Positions 30,697 to 42,666 of a stretch of 64,000 nt of DNA are shown in pieces. The position numbers were made by a program, and so were the translations under genes. Below the pieces are notes generated by a model, which did not search any database, was not told where the DNA came from, and saw nothing but the letters and a program-made list of their open reading frames with translations. Origin of the DNA: Sedimentisphaerales bacterium (lineage in GTDB: Bacteria > Planctomycetota > Phycisphaerae > Sedimentisphaerales > SM23-30); assembly GCA_963666285.1 (NCBI GenBank), contig OY762711.1; one strand, given 5' to 3'. How positions within the stretch are numbered: position 1 is the stretch's first letter; every line of letters starts with the position of its first letter.

Positions 30697-31794
30697 TTGA
30701 AACTCAATAAAAGAAAAATATGGATTCTCTTTCTTTTATGTTTACTGATTATGTTGGCTGTATTTATCCCCGCATACTCGGGCGATATCGATCTGCCCAA
30801 AGATGATGAGATTGTTATCTGTTTTACTACCGCCGCCGGTTACGATCCGGCTACTGATATATGGTCTGTCCCTGTCAAAGGCAGAATTTTCGAACCGGAA
30901 CAGGACGACATCTTAAGAAATATACTTATCGATGCGATCAAAAAAACCGGTGACTTCGATGAATCTGATCTTGCCGCCGATCTGTTCACCGAACGGGTAA
31001 GAGATTTTCTTGCTGATAATGAAGGCTGGAAAAGACTTGACGCTGTCTTTGGCAAAATACCATACACGCTCGCCAAAACCCATCAGGACGGCATATTCAG
31101 CTCTGTTATGCTGCTCACAAATGACCAGCTTGCAGGCTTCGAAAATAACGGTTGGATAAACTATTCCATCCAAACTCGCGAAGATGACAACCGCAACTTT
31201 TCCGGCCGTATCAAAGTTGTCCGCCCCGGCACAACCTGTGTCATTTCCGATATTGACGATACTATCAAGATAACCGGCGTTACAGACAGAAGTCAGCTTA
31301 TGAAAAATATTTTCGCCCGGCCGTATCAGCCAACCGATGGCATGGTAGAATATTATCAGCAGATGGAAAATGATGGCTGCTGTTTCTTTTATGTCTCTGC
31401 CTCGCCGATCCAGCTCTATCGCCCCTTATCTGAATGGATGCTTCAGGTCGGCTACCCGGCAGGCGAGATCAACCTGCGAGATTTCTATATCGCTGACAGC
31501 AGGGCGTTCAATATGTTAAAACAGTCCGGTAATGTCAAACAGCCTGTTATCCGGCAGATCATCGAAAGGTATCCCGACTGTAATTTTATTCTTATTGGTG
31601 ATGCCGGTGAGCAGGATGCTCTTATCTATGGCGAGCTGGCACGGAAATTCCCTAATCAAATCGAAAAGATTCAGATCAGGGCCTTGACATCTCCCGACAA
31701 GGCAGAAGTTGACAGGCTTCGCCTGATGGCAGGGATCATCCCTGACCGATGCATATTTGAGGTACTTTGGCAAGGCAAACCGTCTCATTTTTAG
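30697..31794 (+). CDS. App1-family phosphatidate phosphatase (DUF2183)
   Basis: VISDIDDTIKIT, FFYVSASP and FILIGDAGEQD..IY; N-terminal signal or anchor. Confidence 0.85.
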   Translation: MKLNKRKIWILFLLCLLIMLAVFIPAYSGDIDLPKDDEIVICFTTAAGYDPATDIWSVPVKGRIFEPEQDDILRNILIDAIKKTGDFDESDLAADLFTERVRDFLADNEGWKRLDAVFGKIPYTLAKTHQDGIFSSVMLLTNDQLAGFENNGWINYSIQTREDDNRNFSGRIKVVRPGTTCVISDIDDTIKITGVTDRSQLMKNIFARPYQPTDGMVEYYQQMENDGCCFFYVSASPIQLYRPLSEWMLQVGYPAGEINLRDFYIADSRAFNMLKQSGNVKQPVIRQIIERYPDCNFILIGDAGEQDALIYGELARKFPNQIEKIQIRALTSPDKAEVDRLRLMAGIIPDRCIFEVLWQGKPSHF

Positions 31795-31803
31795 GAATTC
31801 TTA

Positions 31804-33993
31804 ATGGGTAATAATACGGCAAATCATAAGAAATTCGGTACTTTTGGCGGTGTTTTTACGCCTTGCACCTTAACGATTCTCGGCGTTATTATGTTCCTGC
31901 GTTTCGGCGTAGTGATCGGCAACGCAGGTATTTTCCACGGTATACTCATTGTCCTCATGGCCAAGGTGATTACCACTCTCACAACTATGTCGCTCTCGGC
32001 TATTGCCACCAATACCATGGTCAAAGGCGGCGGGGCATATTTCCTTATCAGCCGTTCGCTCGGCGTTGAATTTGGTGGTGCTATTGGTATAGTATTCTTC
32101 TTATCGCAGGCTATCTCTGTGGCATTATATGTTATGGGTTTTACCGAAACCCTTGCCGCCGTAAGCTCGACCGTAAGTGATAATTATTTGCTTACCGCGT
32201 CTATCGTGAATGCTGTCGTATTTTTATGCGTATATATCGGTGCCGCCTGGACAATAAAAGTTCAGTATTTTATTCTGGCAATTCTTGCCGCTGCCATTGC
32301 ATCTTTCGTGATTGGCGGCATAGGAAAATTCGATATCAATATAATGCAGGACAATATGTCCTCGGATTATACTCCCGGCAATAACCTCTGGACTATGTTT
32401 GCCCTGTTTTTTCCTGCTGCTACCGGTGTCATGGCAGGTGCCAATATGTCCGGCGATCTTGCCAATCCCGGCAGGGCCATCCCCCGTGGAACTTTCAGCT
32501 CAATTTTCGTTACTGCTATTGTCTATCTGGTATTCGCCGTTATACTCGGTTGTGCCTGCCCGAGAGAAGCATTATTACATAACGCGATGATTGTTTCAGA
32601 AACGGCCCTCTCTTCTAAATTGATTGTCGCTGGTATTTTCGCCGCTACAATATCCTCTGCTCTGGGTAGTATGATGGGTGCTCCCCGCATTTTGCAGGCT
32701 CTTGCCAAGGACCGCATTTTCGGCGTTCTTAACTTATTCATCCATGGCAGTAACAAATCCGGCGAGCCGCGCAGAGCCATTATTATGACATTCCTCATTG
32801 CTGAGTTTGGTATCCTGCTTGGTAACCTGGATATGATTGCCCCTGTAATTACCATGTTCTTTATGATTACCTACGGCGTGCTCAATTTCGCCGCCTTCAA
32901 GGAATATGTCAGCGGCAATCCAAGCTATCGCCCAACTTTCAAAATCAGGCACTGGAGTATCTCGCTTGCCGGTGCGATTCTTTGCCTGATGGTTATGACC
33001 CTGATCGATCCGCTTTGGGCGGTGGTCTCGATTGTTATCATGGCGGCTATCTATTATTATCTTGCCAAACGCGAGATAGAGTCCAACTGGGGCAATCTAA
33101 ACAGCGGCTCGGCTATCGAACGCGTACGTCGCGACCTGCTTCGGCTCGAACTGGAAAAATATCATCCCAAAAACTGGCGGCCCACCATTCTCGCCTTTGA
33201 AATGCATCGTGACGAAGATCTCGCTGCTGCTGTTATGGCCAGAAACCTGGCTGGCCGAAACGGGCTCCTTATTCTCGGTCAGGTGATAACAACCGATAAT
33301 GACGCTGTCCTGGACAGGCATACCCGGGTTCATCGCATGCTGCGAAAGAAAATTGCCGAAAATCAGCTCGACGCTTTCCCCGCCGTTACTATCGCCGATA
33401 CCACCGAAGATGGCATCTCCTCCCTGGTCCAATGCTGCGGGATAGGCGCTGTCAGGCCAAATCTGATTATGTTCAATTGGCCCGCAGACGAGGTTGAAAC
33501 TAAGGAGATTACTAACTCGATTAGAAATGTCAATAGCCTCGGTCGAAGTGTTGCCATCTTGAAGATCAAAGATCAACCGCATGATCCTTGGTATGTTCCC
33601 CGTGGTACTATCGATGTCTGGTGGCTCGGCCAGAGTAACGGAACCCTTATGATTTTGATTGCCCATCTGCTCAGAAATAATAACCTGTGGCGCGATCATA
33701 AGATCAGGCTGATTAGAACTATCAAGGATCCGGCCGGTATTGCTACGACCAGGCAGTATCTGAATGAATTGGCAGCTTCTGCCCGGATCGATGTCAAACC
33801 CACCGTTTTTGTCTCGGATAATTTTATGCAGTGCCTGCAAACGGAAAGTGCCCGTTCGTCGCTGTGTATTCTCGGGCTGGCCAATCCTGCCGAAATGCCA
33901 GATGATATCTTTGACCGGCTTACCGAAATGACTGGAGATTTACCCAGGGTACTGTTTGTCAATAGCTTTGGCGATATGTCAATTGAGGCATAA
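31804..33993 (+). CDS. Cation-chloride cotransporter (SLC12-like) family permease
   Basis: FGTFGGVFTP, ILGVIMFLR, GGGAYFLISRSLG.EFGG, FFPAATG, KNWRP and IDVWW. Confidence 0.9.
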   Translation: MGNNTANHKKFGTFGGVFTPCTLTILGVIMFLRFGVVIGNAGIFHGILIVLMAKVITTLTTMSLSAIATNTMVKGGGAYFLISRSLGVEFGGAIGIVFFLSQAISVALYVMGFTETLAAVSSTVSDNYLLTASIVNAVVFLCVYIGAAWTIKVQYFILAILAAAIASFVIGGIGKFDINIMQDNMSSDYTPGNNLWTMFALFFPAATGVMAGANMSGDLANPGRAIPRGTFSSIFVTAIVYLVFAVILGCACPREALLHNAMIVSETALSSKLIVAGIFAATISSALGSMMGAPRILQALAKDRIFGVLNLFIHGSNKSGEPRRAIIMTFLIAEFGILLGNLDMIAPVITMFFMITYGVLNFAAFKEYVSGNPSYRPTFKIRHWSISLAGAILCLMVMTLIDPLWAVVSIVIMAAIYYYLAKREIESNWGNLNSGSAIERVRRDLLRLELEKYHPKNWRPTILAFEMHRDEDLAAAVMARNLAGRNGLLILGQVITTDNDAVLDRHTRVHRMLRKKIAENQLDAFPAVTIADTTEDGISSLVQCCGIGAVRPNLIMFNWPADEVETKEITNSIRNVNSLGRSVAILKIKDQPHDPWYVPRGTIDVWWLGQSNGTLMILIAHLLRNNNLWRDHKIRLIRTIKDPAGIATTRQYLNELAASARIDVKPTVFVSDNFMQCLQTESARSSLCILGLANPAEMPDDIFDRLTEMTGDLPRVLFVNSFGDMSIEA

Positions 33994-34030
33994 TTTTTTA
34001 CCGGGTTTAATGTTAAGGATTTAGGTAAAA

Positions 34031-34342
34031 ATGAAAAAAACAATTCTGATTTGTTCTATGTTTCTGGTATGCGTGATTAGTATTACCCTGAGCTTTTTTG
34101 CTGCCGCAGTCTTTGGAGTTGGTGTATACGATTATAACTTTTCTCTTTTTCATGAAAGTTCGACTAAATTAACGCCAGAAGAAATTCATGCTTTATTTGA
34201 ATCTATTCATCATTTAGTTGCTTTCTTTCCATGGGTTCTTACCGCGACTATTCTGGTAAATGCTGTTTTAATGGTATTATTAATCAGGCAATTCAATAAA
34301 GAAAAAAAAGCTATTATCAAGAGCTTCGAAGATGAGTCCTGA
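34031..34342 (+). CDS. Hypothetical membrane protein
   Basis: 103 aa with two hydrophobic helices. Confidence 0.6.
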   Translation: MKKTILICSMFLVCVISITLSFFAAAVFGVGVYDYNFSLFHESSTKLTPEEIHALFESIHHLVAFFPWVLTATILVNAVLMVLLIRQFNKEKKAIIKSFEDES

Positions 34343-34389
34343 TAATCATTTCAGTATGAAATATAATGTACTAAGTTGCTGGTTTAATA

Positions 34390-35652
34390 TTATTTCGGCT
34401 GCTTGGTTATCTCCCTTAGCAGGCTTGTCGCAAAACTGCCTGCGGGTAATATAAATTCCAGCTGGATATATTCTCCGTCCCGATCACTTCCACCTTCGCA
34501 TTTCAACTCACGCGGAATTGCTGTTAGTGACCTTCGGCTGGTGCGGGCATAATATTTCTTCAAAGACTGGTTTACGGCATCATCTACCTGGTTTTCCTGG
34601 AGTATTCGATTTTCTATTTCGCCGGCTGCTCCTGTCAGCATCGATAGTCGCAGGCCGGGTAGCGGGCCGGTAGGGCTTATCTTGCGGGCATCACAGCGGA
34701 TCTGTTCGGCCGCAATATCCTCCACCCGAAAAACCGAACCGTTCGCATGGCAATAGGCCATATCTCCTTCCATTATTGTGTCGATTGTCGATATTCTGGC
34801 TGCCAAAACTTGGTTAAAAATATACGATTGCCATGCTGAAACATAGAGATTCTTCAATTTACTTTTTATCAGGAACGCAACTTTATGTTTTTTGCCGCCG
34901 TTTTTCACCAGGAGCTGCAAAGCCTTTCTCTGGTCGGCATAAGGATAAGGCCATAACTTACGGGCTTTACCGTATTCCCCCTTATCGTACATCTCTCTGG
35001 CCTGTTCTATTTTCCCGACATCAAAACTATTCGGTCTGCCAAGCATAAGATCGGCAAATTCCGTCAGATTATTCTGTACCAGGGCAAGTCCTAGTAGATG
35101 GCTGTCTAGCCTGTTACCGAATCGCTGCGGGCCAAAGTAATTTGGAAAACCTTTGTCTGCCAGGATCTCACAGGTTCTATTCGCCATTGCAAGAGCTTCT
35201 TCAAGCGGGCAATTCAATTGTCGCAGGCGGATAATAAATCGATTCCCTTTGAGATGGCCCAGATTTAAGATATTATCATGACGGGTTATTTCCAGTATGC
35301 GTAAACCATGTATTTTTATACGGTCCAGCGATATGGGGTCGATATTTTCTATCGATATCCATTGAGTGGTTATTGCATGGGCGTCTTTCATCCCGGCATA
35401 GCCAAATCGATATCTCGGGATATTGAGATAATCAGCTATCAGGGCTATTGCTTCTGGAGTACCCAGACCATTTTTTTCAAGTTTGATTATAGTATGATCG
35501 CCACTGCCGCTAAAGGGATATAATGGCAGCTCTTCCACTCGGAAATCTTCTGGCTTGAAGCGAATGATACCGCCTGTCCCGGGGGTGTCATTTGTTAAAT
35601 ACGGAAGGGCGGTAAATAGTGAATTACCGCTTAAAGTTTCTGTTTTGTTCAT
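34390..35652 (-). CDS. truD: tRNA pseudouridine(13) synthase
   Basis: PEDFRVEE, YAGMKDAHAITTQ, GNRF, PNYFGPQRFG and LPAGSFATSLLRE. Confidence 0.95.
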   Translation of the reverse strand: MNKTETLSGNSLFTALPYLTNDTPGTGGIIRFKPEDFRVEELPLYPFSGSGDHTIIKLEKNGLGTPEAIALIADYLNIPRYRFGYAGMKDAHAITTQWISIENIDPISLDRIKIHGLRILEITRHDNILNLGHLKGNRFIIRLRQLNCPLEEALAMANRTCEILADKGFPNYFGPQRFGNRLDSHLLGLALVQNNLTEFADLMLGRPNSFDVGKIEQAREMYDKGEYGKARKLWPYPYADQRKALQLLVKNGGKKHKVAFLIKSKLKNLYVSAWQSYIFNQVLAARISTIDTIMEGDMAYCHANGSVFRVEDIAAEQIRCDARKISPTGPLPGLRLSMLTGAAGEIENRILQENQVDDAVNQSLKKYYARTSRRSLTAIPRELKCEGGSDRDGEYIQLEFILPAGSFATSLLREITKQPK

Positions 35653-35918
35653 TCAGGTTTCTACACAAGGTATATGGTACAGGACTCAACTCATATGAGC
35701 CCAAAGATCGAATATATAATCTACAAACGATGCTTTGTCCATCGAATACTGATAATGTTAATTATATTTTTTATTACAAACCGGGTATTTGCATATTCGG
35801 CCAATATACGAGGGATGTGCATAATCGATGTATTATTTCTGCCAATTTGGCATGGTTTTATGTCTGGTTATCGGCCTCTATTTTTTTAAGTTTCTATTTA
35901 GCAGGAGTTTATGTTTTG

Positions 35919-35934
35919 TGGCACAAGCCTTGCA
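35919..35934 (+). promoter_or_regulatory. Sigma54 (-24/-12) promoter upstream of clpB
   Basis: TGGCAC-AAGCC-TTGCA is an exact match to TGGCAC-N5-TTGCW, 60 bp upstream of the ATG. Confidence 0.8.
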
Positions 35935-35994
35935 TATAGTATTCCGTTGGTTATTTTTATTACAACCGGATAGAAGAGGAGTTAATATTAAATT

Positions 35995-38589
<2,595 letters not shown>

Positions 38590-38637
38590 AACTATAACTG
38601 GCTGAACACACTTAACACCCTTAACCTCCTTTTTCAT

Positions 38638-38689
38638 TATGCCGCAGTGGTAAAGATAAACCCTTTACTATCGCGGCATATTTTATTTT
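38638..38689 (+). terminator. Rho-independent terminator
   Basis: TATGCCGC..TGGTAAAG / CTTTACTA..GCGGCATA stem with T-rich tail. Confidence 0.7.
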
Positions 38690-38778
38690 GTATCATAACT
38701 GATTTGTTTGATCTAAACATGAAGTTAGTATAATTGCTATAATGATTAAAACAAAAGACTAATATAAAAAATGGACAA

Positions 38779-39207
38779 TTATGTTTCATTATTAGGCCTT
38801 ATTTTTTGTATTTTTTGTACATCTTTATTTTTTAACTGATGTTCGATTTCACAAATAATAACATTGATTTCTGTTGCAACTTCTTGCTGCCACCTAATGC
38901 AACTTTCTGGTGCATTTTGGGGTAATCGACCTACGCTTTCATGTCTAAAAATTTTAAGTGAAATAAGATAGTATTCTTTATATTCTAGTAGGAGCCATAA
39001 GGAAGCTATTTGAACTGAATATGGAATAATTTCATCTTTACTGTCTTTTCCTCCAAATATTGTTTTTACTAGTTTAACGTAATTGTTATACCTATTGTCT
39101 GATATGCTTTGCTTGTAAGAGACATACCATCTTATAAAAGCACTGTATGTGGCTATGAATGCAGCAATAAATGTTAAGATTGGTCCTAAATATTTAAAAT
39201 ATTCCAT
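38779..39207 (-). CDS. Hypothetical protein, AT-rich, with N-terminal TM helix
   Basis: 142-aa ORF with an SD-like sequence upstream. Confidence 0.6.
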   Translation of the reverse strand: MEYFKYLGPILTFIAAFIATYSAFIRWYVSYKQSISDNRYNNYVKLVKTIFGGKDSKDEIIPYSVQIASLWLLLEYKEYYLISLKIFRHESVGRLPQNAPESCIRWQQEVATEINVIICEIEHQLKNKDVQKIQKIRPNNET

Positions 39208-39301
39208 TACGCAGCCTTTCCTTAATTCTTAATATAGTTTATGCTGCTTTTTCAGCAAAATTAGCATCTTAGCCGCTCAGCTTTATAAAGATGTATTTAT
39301 T

Positions 39302-39380
39302 ATTTGTCCAGCTTTGTTGTCGCTTTATCCGCCACCAGTATTTTCATTTGTTCAATTGCTATCTTATTTACCCTGTATTT
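39302..39380. repeat. 80-bp direct repeat, copy 1
   Basis: atttgtccagctttgttgtcg...ccaccagtattttcatttg...cctgtattta recurs at 41167-41246. Confidence 0.85.
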
Positions 39381-39494
39381 ATGACGATTTCGCCATAAAT
39401 AAAATCTAATAGATTGTTTTCCTTAACCATTTGAAGACCAATTGTTTAACGGCATTGTTCTTTTGAGATATTTGTTTTGTTTGGTTGATTTCGA

Positions 39495-40571
39495 TTATTT
39501 TATTTTGCCTTCACTTTTTTGAGTTGCTTCAATTTGCTTAATAATCTTATCAAAATCGCTTTCAAAAATCCTATCCTGAACAATGCGGTATTTTTCAAAT
39601 TCACTTTCGGCATGAGCCCTGGCAATTTCAGCTGTAACCTTACCCGCATCCTGAAGTATCTCTCGGTCAGTTGCCTCGATGAATCTGTTCAAGCGAGTTT
39701 CCCAGTCCTGCATGGACATCGGAATCTTACGCATCGCCATATCTTCTGCTACATCCAGATAGGCCGAAACCAGCCTCTGTAATTGTACCATTTCATTTTC
39801 AGTCAGATAGTTTTTAGCCACACTTACATCGAACTTTTGTATTTTTCCATCCGGCGCGTCCTTCCATGTGGTCAAACCCATGTTTTGCTTTTGATGATCT
39901 GCTCTATCTACAATCACTTCCGCTGCTGTTTGTCCATGAATGGCCCAATGCAGCTTATTTTGAACCGTCGCAAAAAAACGTTTGGTAGCTTGAGCTGTCA
40001 CATCATAGTCGATGGCTGTTGAATAAATATCGGTGATTTTCTGATAGAATTTACGCTCACTCAGACGTATTTCCCTTATACGCTCCAATTGCTCTTCAAA
40101 ATACTGCTCAGTCAGGATGGAGCCGCCATTTTTTATGCGTTCATCATCCATCACATAGGCTTTGATTGTATACTCCTTAATAATGGTGGTTGCCCATTTA
40201 CGAAACTGCACGGCTCGCTCTGAGTTTACTTTATAACCAACAGCAATAATTGCCGAGAGATTGTAGTGCTTTGTGTTGTAGCTTTTGCCGTCAGTGGCAG
40301 TTATCCGAAAATTTTGGATAACTGAATCTTCCTGCAACTCGCTGTCACTAAATATCTTCTTTAAATGATAGTTAATTGTTCTTACATCAACATCATAGAG
40401 CGTTGCCATCATTTTCTGGGTCAGCCAAATATTCTCATTTGCATACACAGCTTCAACGCCGCCATCACCGCTGGCTGCAACAAATGTCAGGTATTCCGCA
40501 GCTGATGAACGAATGATAGCCCTCTCGTTTTTGTCAGGTTTATTTTCCGTTTTATTTGTATTGTTTTTCAT
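39495..40571 (-). CDS. rhuM: RhuM-family virulence/DNA-binding protein
   Basis: IWLTQKMMATLY, YNLSAIIAVGYKVNS.RA.QFRKWA, IREIRLSERKFYQKITDIY and VAKNYL. Confidence 0.9.
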   Translation of the reverse strand: MKNNTNKTENKPDKNERAIIRSSAAEYLTFVAASGDGGVEAVYANENIWLTQKMMATLYDVDVRTINYHLKKIFSDSELQEDSVIQNFRITATDGKSYNTKHYNLSAIIAVGYKVNSERAVQFRKWATTIIKEYTIKAYVMDDERIKNGGSILTEQYFEEQLERIREIRLSERKFYQKITDIYSTAIDYDVTAQATKRFFATVQNKLHWAIHGQTAAEVIVDRADHQKQNMGLTTWKDAPDGKIQKFDVSVAKNYLTENEMVQLQRLVSAYLDVAEDMAMRKIPMSMQDWETRLNRFIEATDREILQDAGKVTAEIARAHAESEFEKYRIVQDRIFESDFDKIIKQIEATQKSEGKIK

Positions 40572-40754
40572 AACCAATTTAATAACAGTTAATTAACGAC
40601 ACCTTCTATACTCTTGTCTTTTGCACTTTACACTAATGACTATACCATTGCCCAACCCAAAACTCAACAGGAAATATTAACGTAAAGTAATAACTTTAAA
40701 TTAGGACTTGATAACTTTTTAAATCCAAATGTATATCTTTATTATGACATATAT

Positions 40755-41168
40755 TTAATCTTCTTCGGCAATATCCTGTTTCCATTCATACCATTTAGAG
40801 TAATCATGACCATAGTCTTTGCCGGAATATCTTTCAAGTTCAGATACTATATGATCAAGTGTGTTATTGATTTTTTTGTTAGCTTCTGATATTTGGTCAT
40901 TTAGCTCTGGATTAATTGGAAATATTTGTATCTCGATTATTTTATTAACAAAATTAATAGCATCTTGCTTGTTGTTGATTTTTGGGTTTTCAATTTGCCA
41001 GTTATTGATTTTTTTAGCTAAATCAATACACATCGGTGTGTATTTGTATTTTATAAACCAGTATTTGGCAATAACAACTATTATTATAAATGTAATTATT
41101 GCTGACAGGACAGTAATCGCTAATTTTTTTAATTTGCTATACATTATACCGGCTATCGCACCTCTCAT
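40755..41168 (-). CDS. Hypothetical protein, AT-rich, with N-terminal TM helix
   Basis: ORF ends SGKDYGHDYSKWYEW; true start may be MYSKLKK. Confidence 0.6.
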   Translation of the reverse strand: MRGAIAGIMYSKLKKLAITVLSAIITFIIIVVIAKYWFIKYKYTPMCIDLAKKINNWQIENPKINNKQDAINFVNKIIEIQIFPINPELNDQISEANKKINNTLDHIVSELERYSGKDYGHDYSKWYEWKQDIAEED

Positions 41169-41246
41169 TTGTCCAGCTTTGTTGTCGGCTTATCTGCCAC
41201 CAGTATTTTCATTTGCTCAATCGCTATTTTATTTAGCCTGTATTTA
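41167..41246. repeat. 80-bp direct repeat, copy 2
   Basis: Near-identical to 39302-39380. Confidence 0.85.
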
Positions 41247-41440
41247 ATCCCTTCAAATTCGACGGAATTAAAATAATATATCTTATTTCACCCTCCGGCA
41301 CAATTACCAATTGCCACTTAAGTTGCTGTGGATACCGGCGTTAGCTTTTAAACACGTTCGCGACTGAAAATAATAAATTAGCCTCGGCGTAGCCGACACC
41401 TTCCCTTATGCCTTATCCCATATCCCTTATGCCTTTCTTC

Positions 41441-42349
41441 TCACCAAAACATCATCCCCGTCCCCACAACTGCGATAATCGCCCCGATTATCTCCCGCAA
41501 ATTGACCTTTTCCTTGAACATGAAAATCGAAAACGGGATAATCGTCACCGGTATTATTGACATAATGGTACACGCGATGCCGGTCTCCGTCTTTTGTATC
41601 GCCAATAATGACAGGGATACCCCGATAAAAGTACCAAAAAATGTGCTGAACAGCACAAGTGCCATCAATTTCGGCTTGGTTACCAGCTCTCTCATCTGTC
41701 TCCACGGCCTTATATATATGGCTACCAGCGTAAACCCTGTCATGCCGGCAATTATTCTTATATGGGTTGCCGCTAATGCACTGTATTCCTCGCCCATCCC
41801 GTATTTGCTCAATATCAGACCTATTGCCTGGCCCAGCATGCCGATCGTCGCATATACTACCCCCTTAATCGGATGCTTAAACTTCTTTGTCCCGTTTTCG
41901 CGGGTCAATATTACCGCCGACACCCCGGAAGTTGTCATTATCATCCCGAAGATATGACGCATCGCCAGGGTCTCATCCAAAAGGAAATACCCGATAACTG
42001 CCGCGACCGGCGGCACAAGCGAGTATATCAGCATCGATGTTCTCGATCCGATTATCGAAAATGCCTTTAGCAGGAACAGATCGCCTATCACAAAACCGAT
42101 CAGCCCGGAAGCGAATAGCCAGAACCAGCATGAACCTGACGCATCTGTCGGAATTGCCAGCCCGCGGATAAAAAATGAAGAAACAGTGAAGAATATGAAC
42201 GCCAGGTACATCCTGAATATGTTTATCGCCAGCGTACTGGCTCTTTTAGATATATATTCCGAACATAAACATGTAATTGTCCAGAGTATTACCGTTACCA
42301 ATGCGGCTATCTCGCCCGTTTTACTCGTTATTGTTTCAGATATTTCCAT
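41441..42349 (-). CDS. DMT/EamA-family transporter
   Basis: About 10 TM helices in two repeats; SGLIGFVIGD, LLDETL and FKEKVNLREIIGA. Confidence 0.9.
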   Translation of the reverse strand: MEISETITSKTGEIAALVTVILWTITCLCSEYISKRASTLAINIFRMYLAFIFFTVSSFFIRGLAIPTDASGSCWFWLFASGLIGFVIGDLFLLKAFSIIGSRTSMLIYSLVPPVAAVIGYFLLDETLAMRHIFGMIMTTSGVSAVILTRENGTKKFKHPIKGVVYATIGMLGQAIGLILSKYGMGEEYSALAATHIRIIAGMTGFTLVAIYIRPWRQMRELVTKPKLMALVLFSTFFGTFIGVSLSLLAIQKTETGIACTIMSIIPVTIIPFSIFMFKEKVNLREIIGAIIAVVGTGMMFW

Positions 42350-42442
42350 ATAGACTGTTTTTGGGGTAAATGGTTGCTGACTAGTGTCTTTATCTGCAAT
42401 TCGGCATTATACCTTATCGTTGTATAAATAATGAAGAATATT

Positions 42443-42624
42443 TTAGAGCACTTTAATATCTTCTGTTCCGATTTATGCCTCTGTGAGGACGAGGCTGACG
42501 AAGAAGAAAACACAGAAATATTGATATATTACGAGTATTTCTGATGAAGTCAGCCGAAGCCGCAACAGGCAAAAAGCGAACACGCCACAAAGTGATGCGA
42601 AGCATAATAATTAAATTGCTCTAA
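42443..42624. mobile_element. MITE family 2, copy 1
   Basis: Terminal inverted repeats TTAGAGCACTTTAAT / ATTAAATTGCTCTAA; internal sequence shared with 55505-55659. Confidence 0.8.
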
Positions 42625-42625
42625 T

Positions 42626-42659
42626 AGAAAAGGCTATGAAGCAGTCAGCTTCATAGCCT
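42626..42659 (-). terminator. Rho-independent terminator after the SEC-C gene
   Basis: Perfect 12-bp stem AGGCTATGAAGC/GCTTCATAGCCT followed by T residues on the minus strand. Confidence 0.8.
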
Positions 42660-42666
42660 GTATTAG

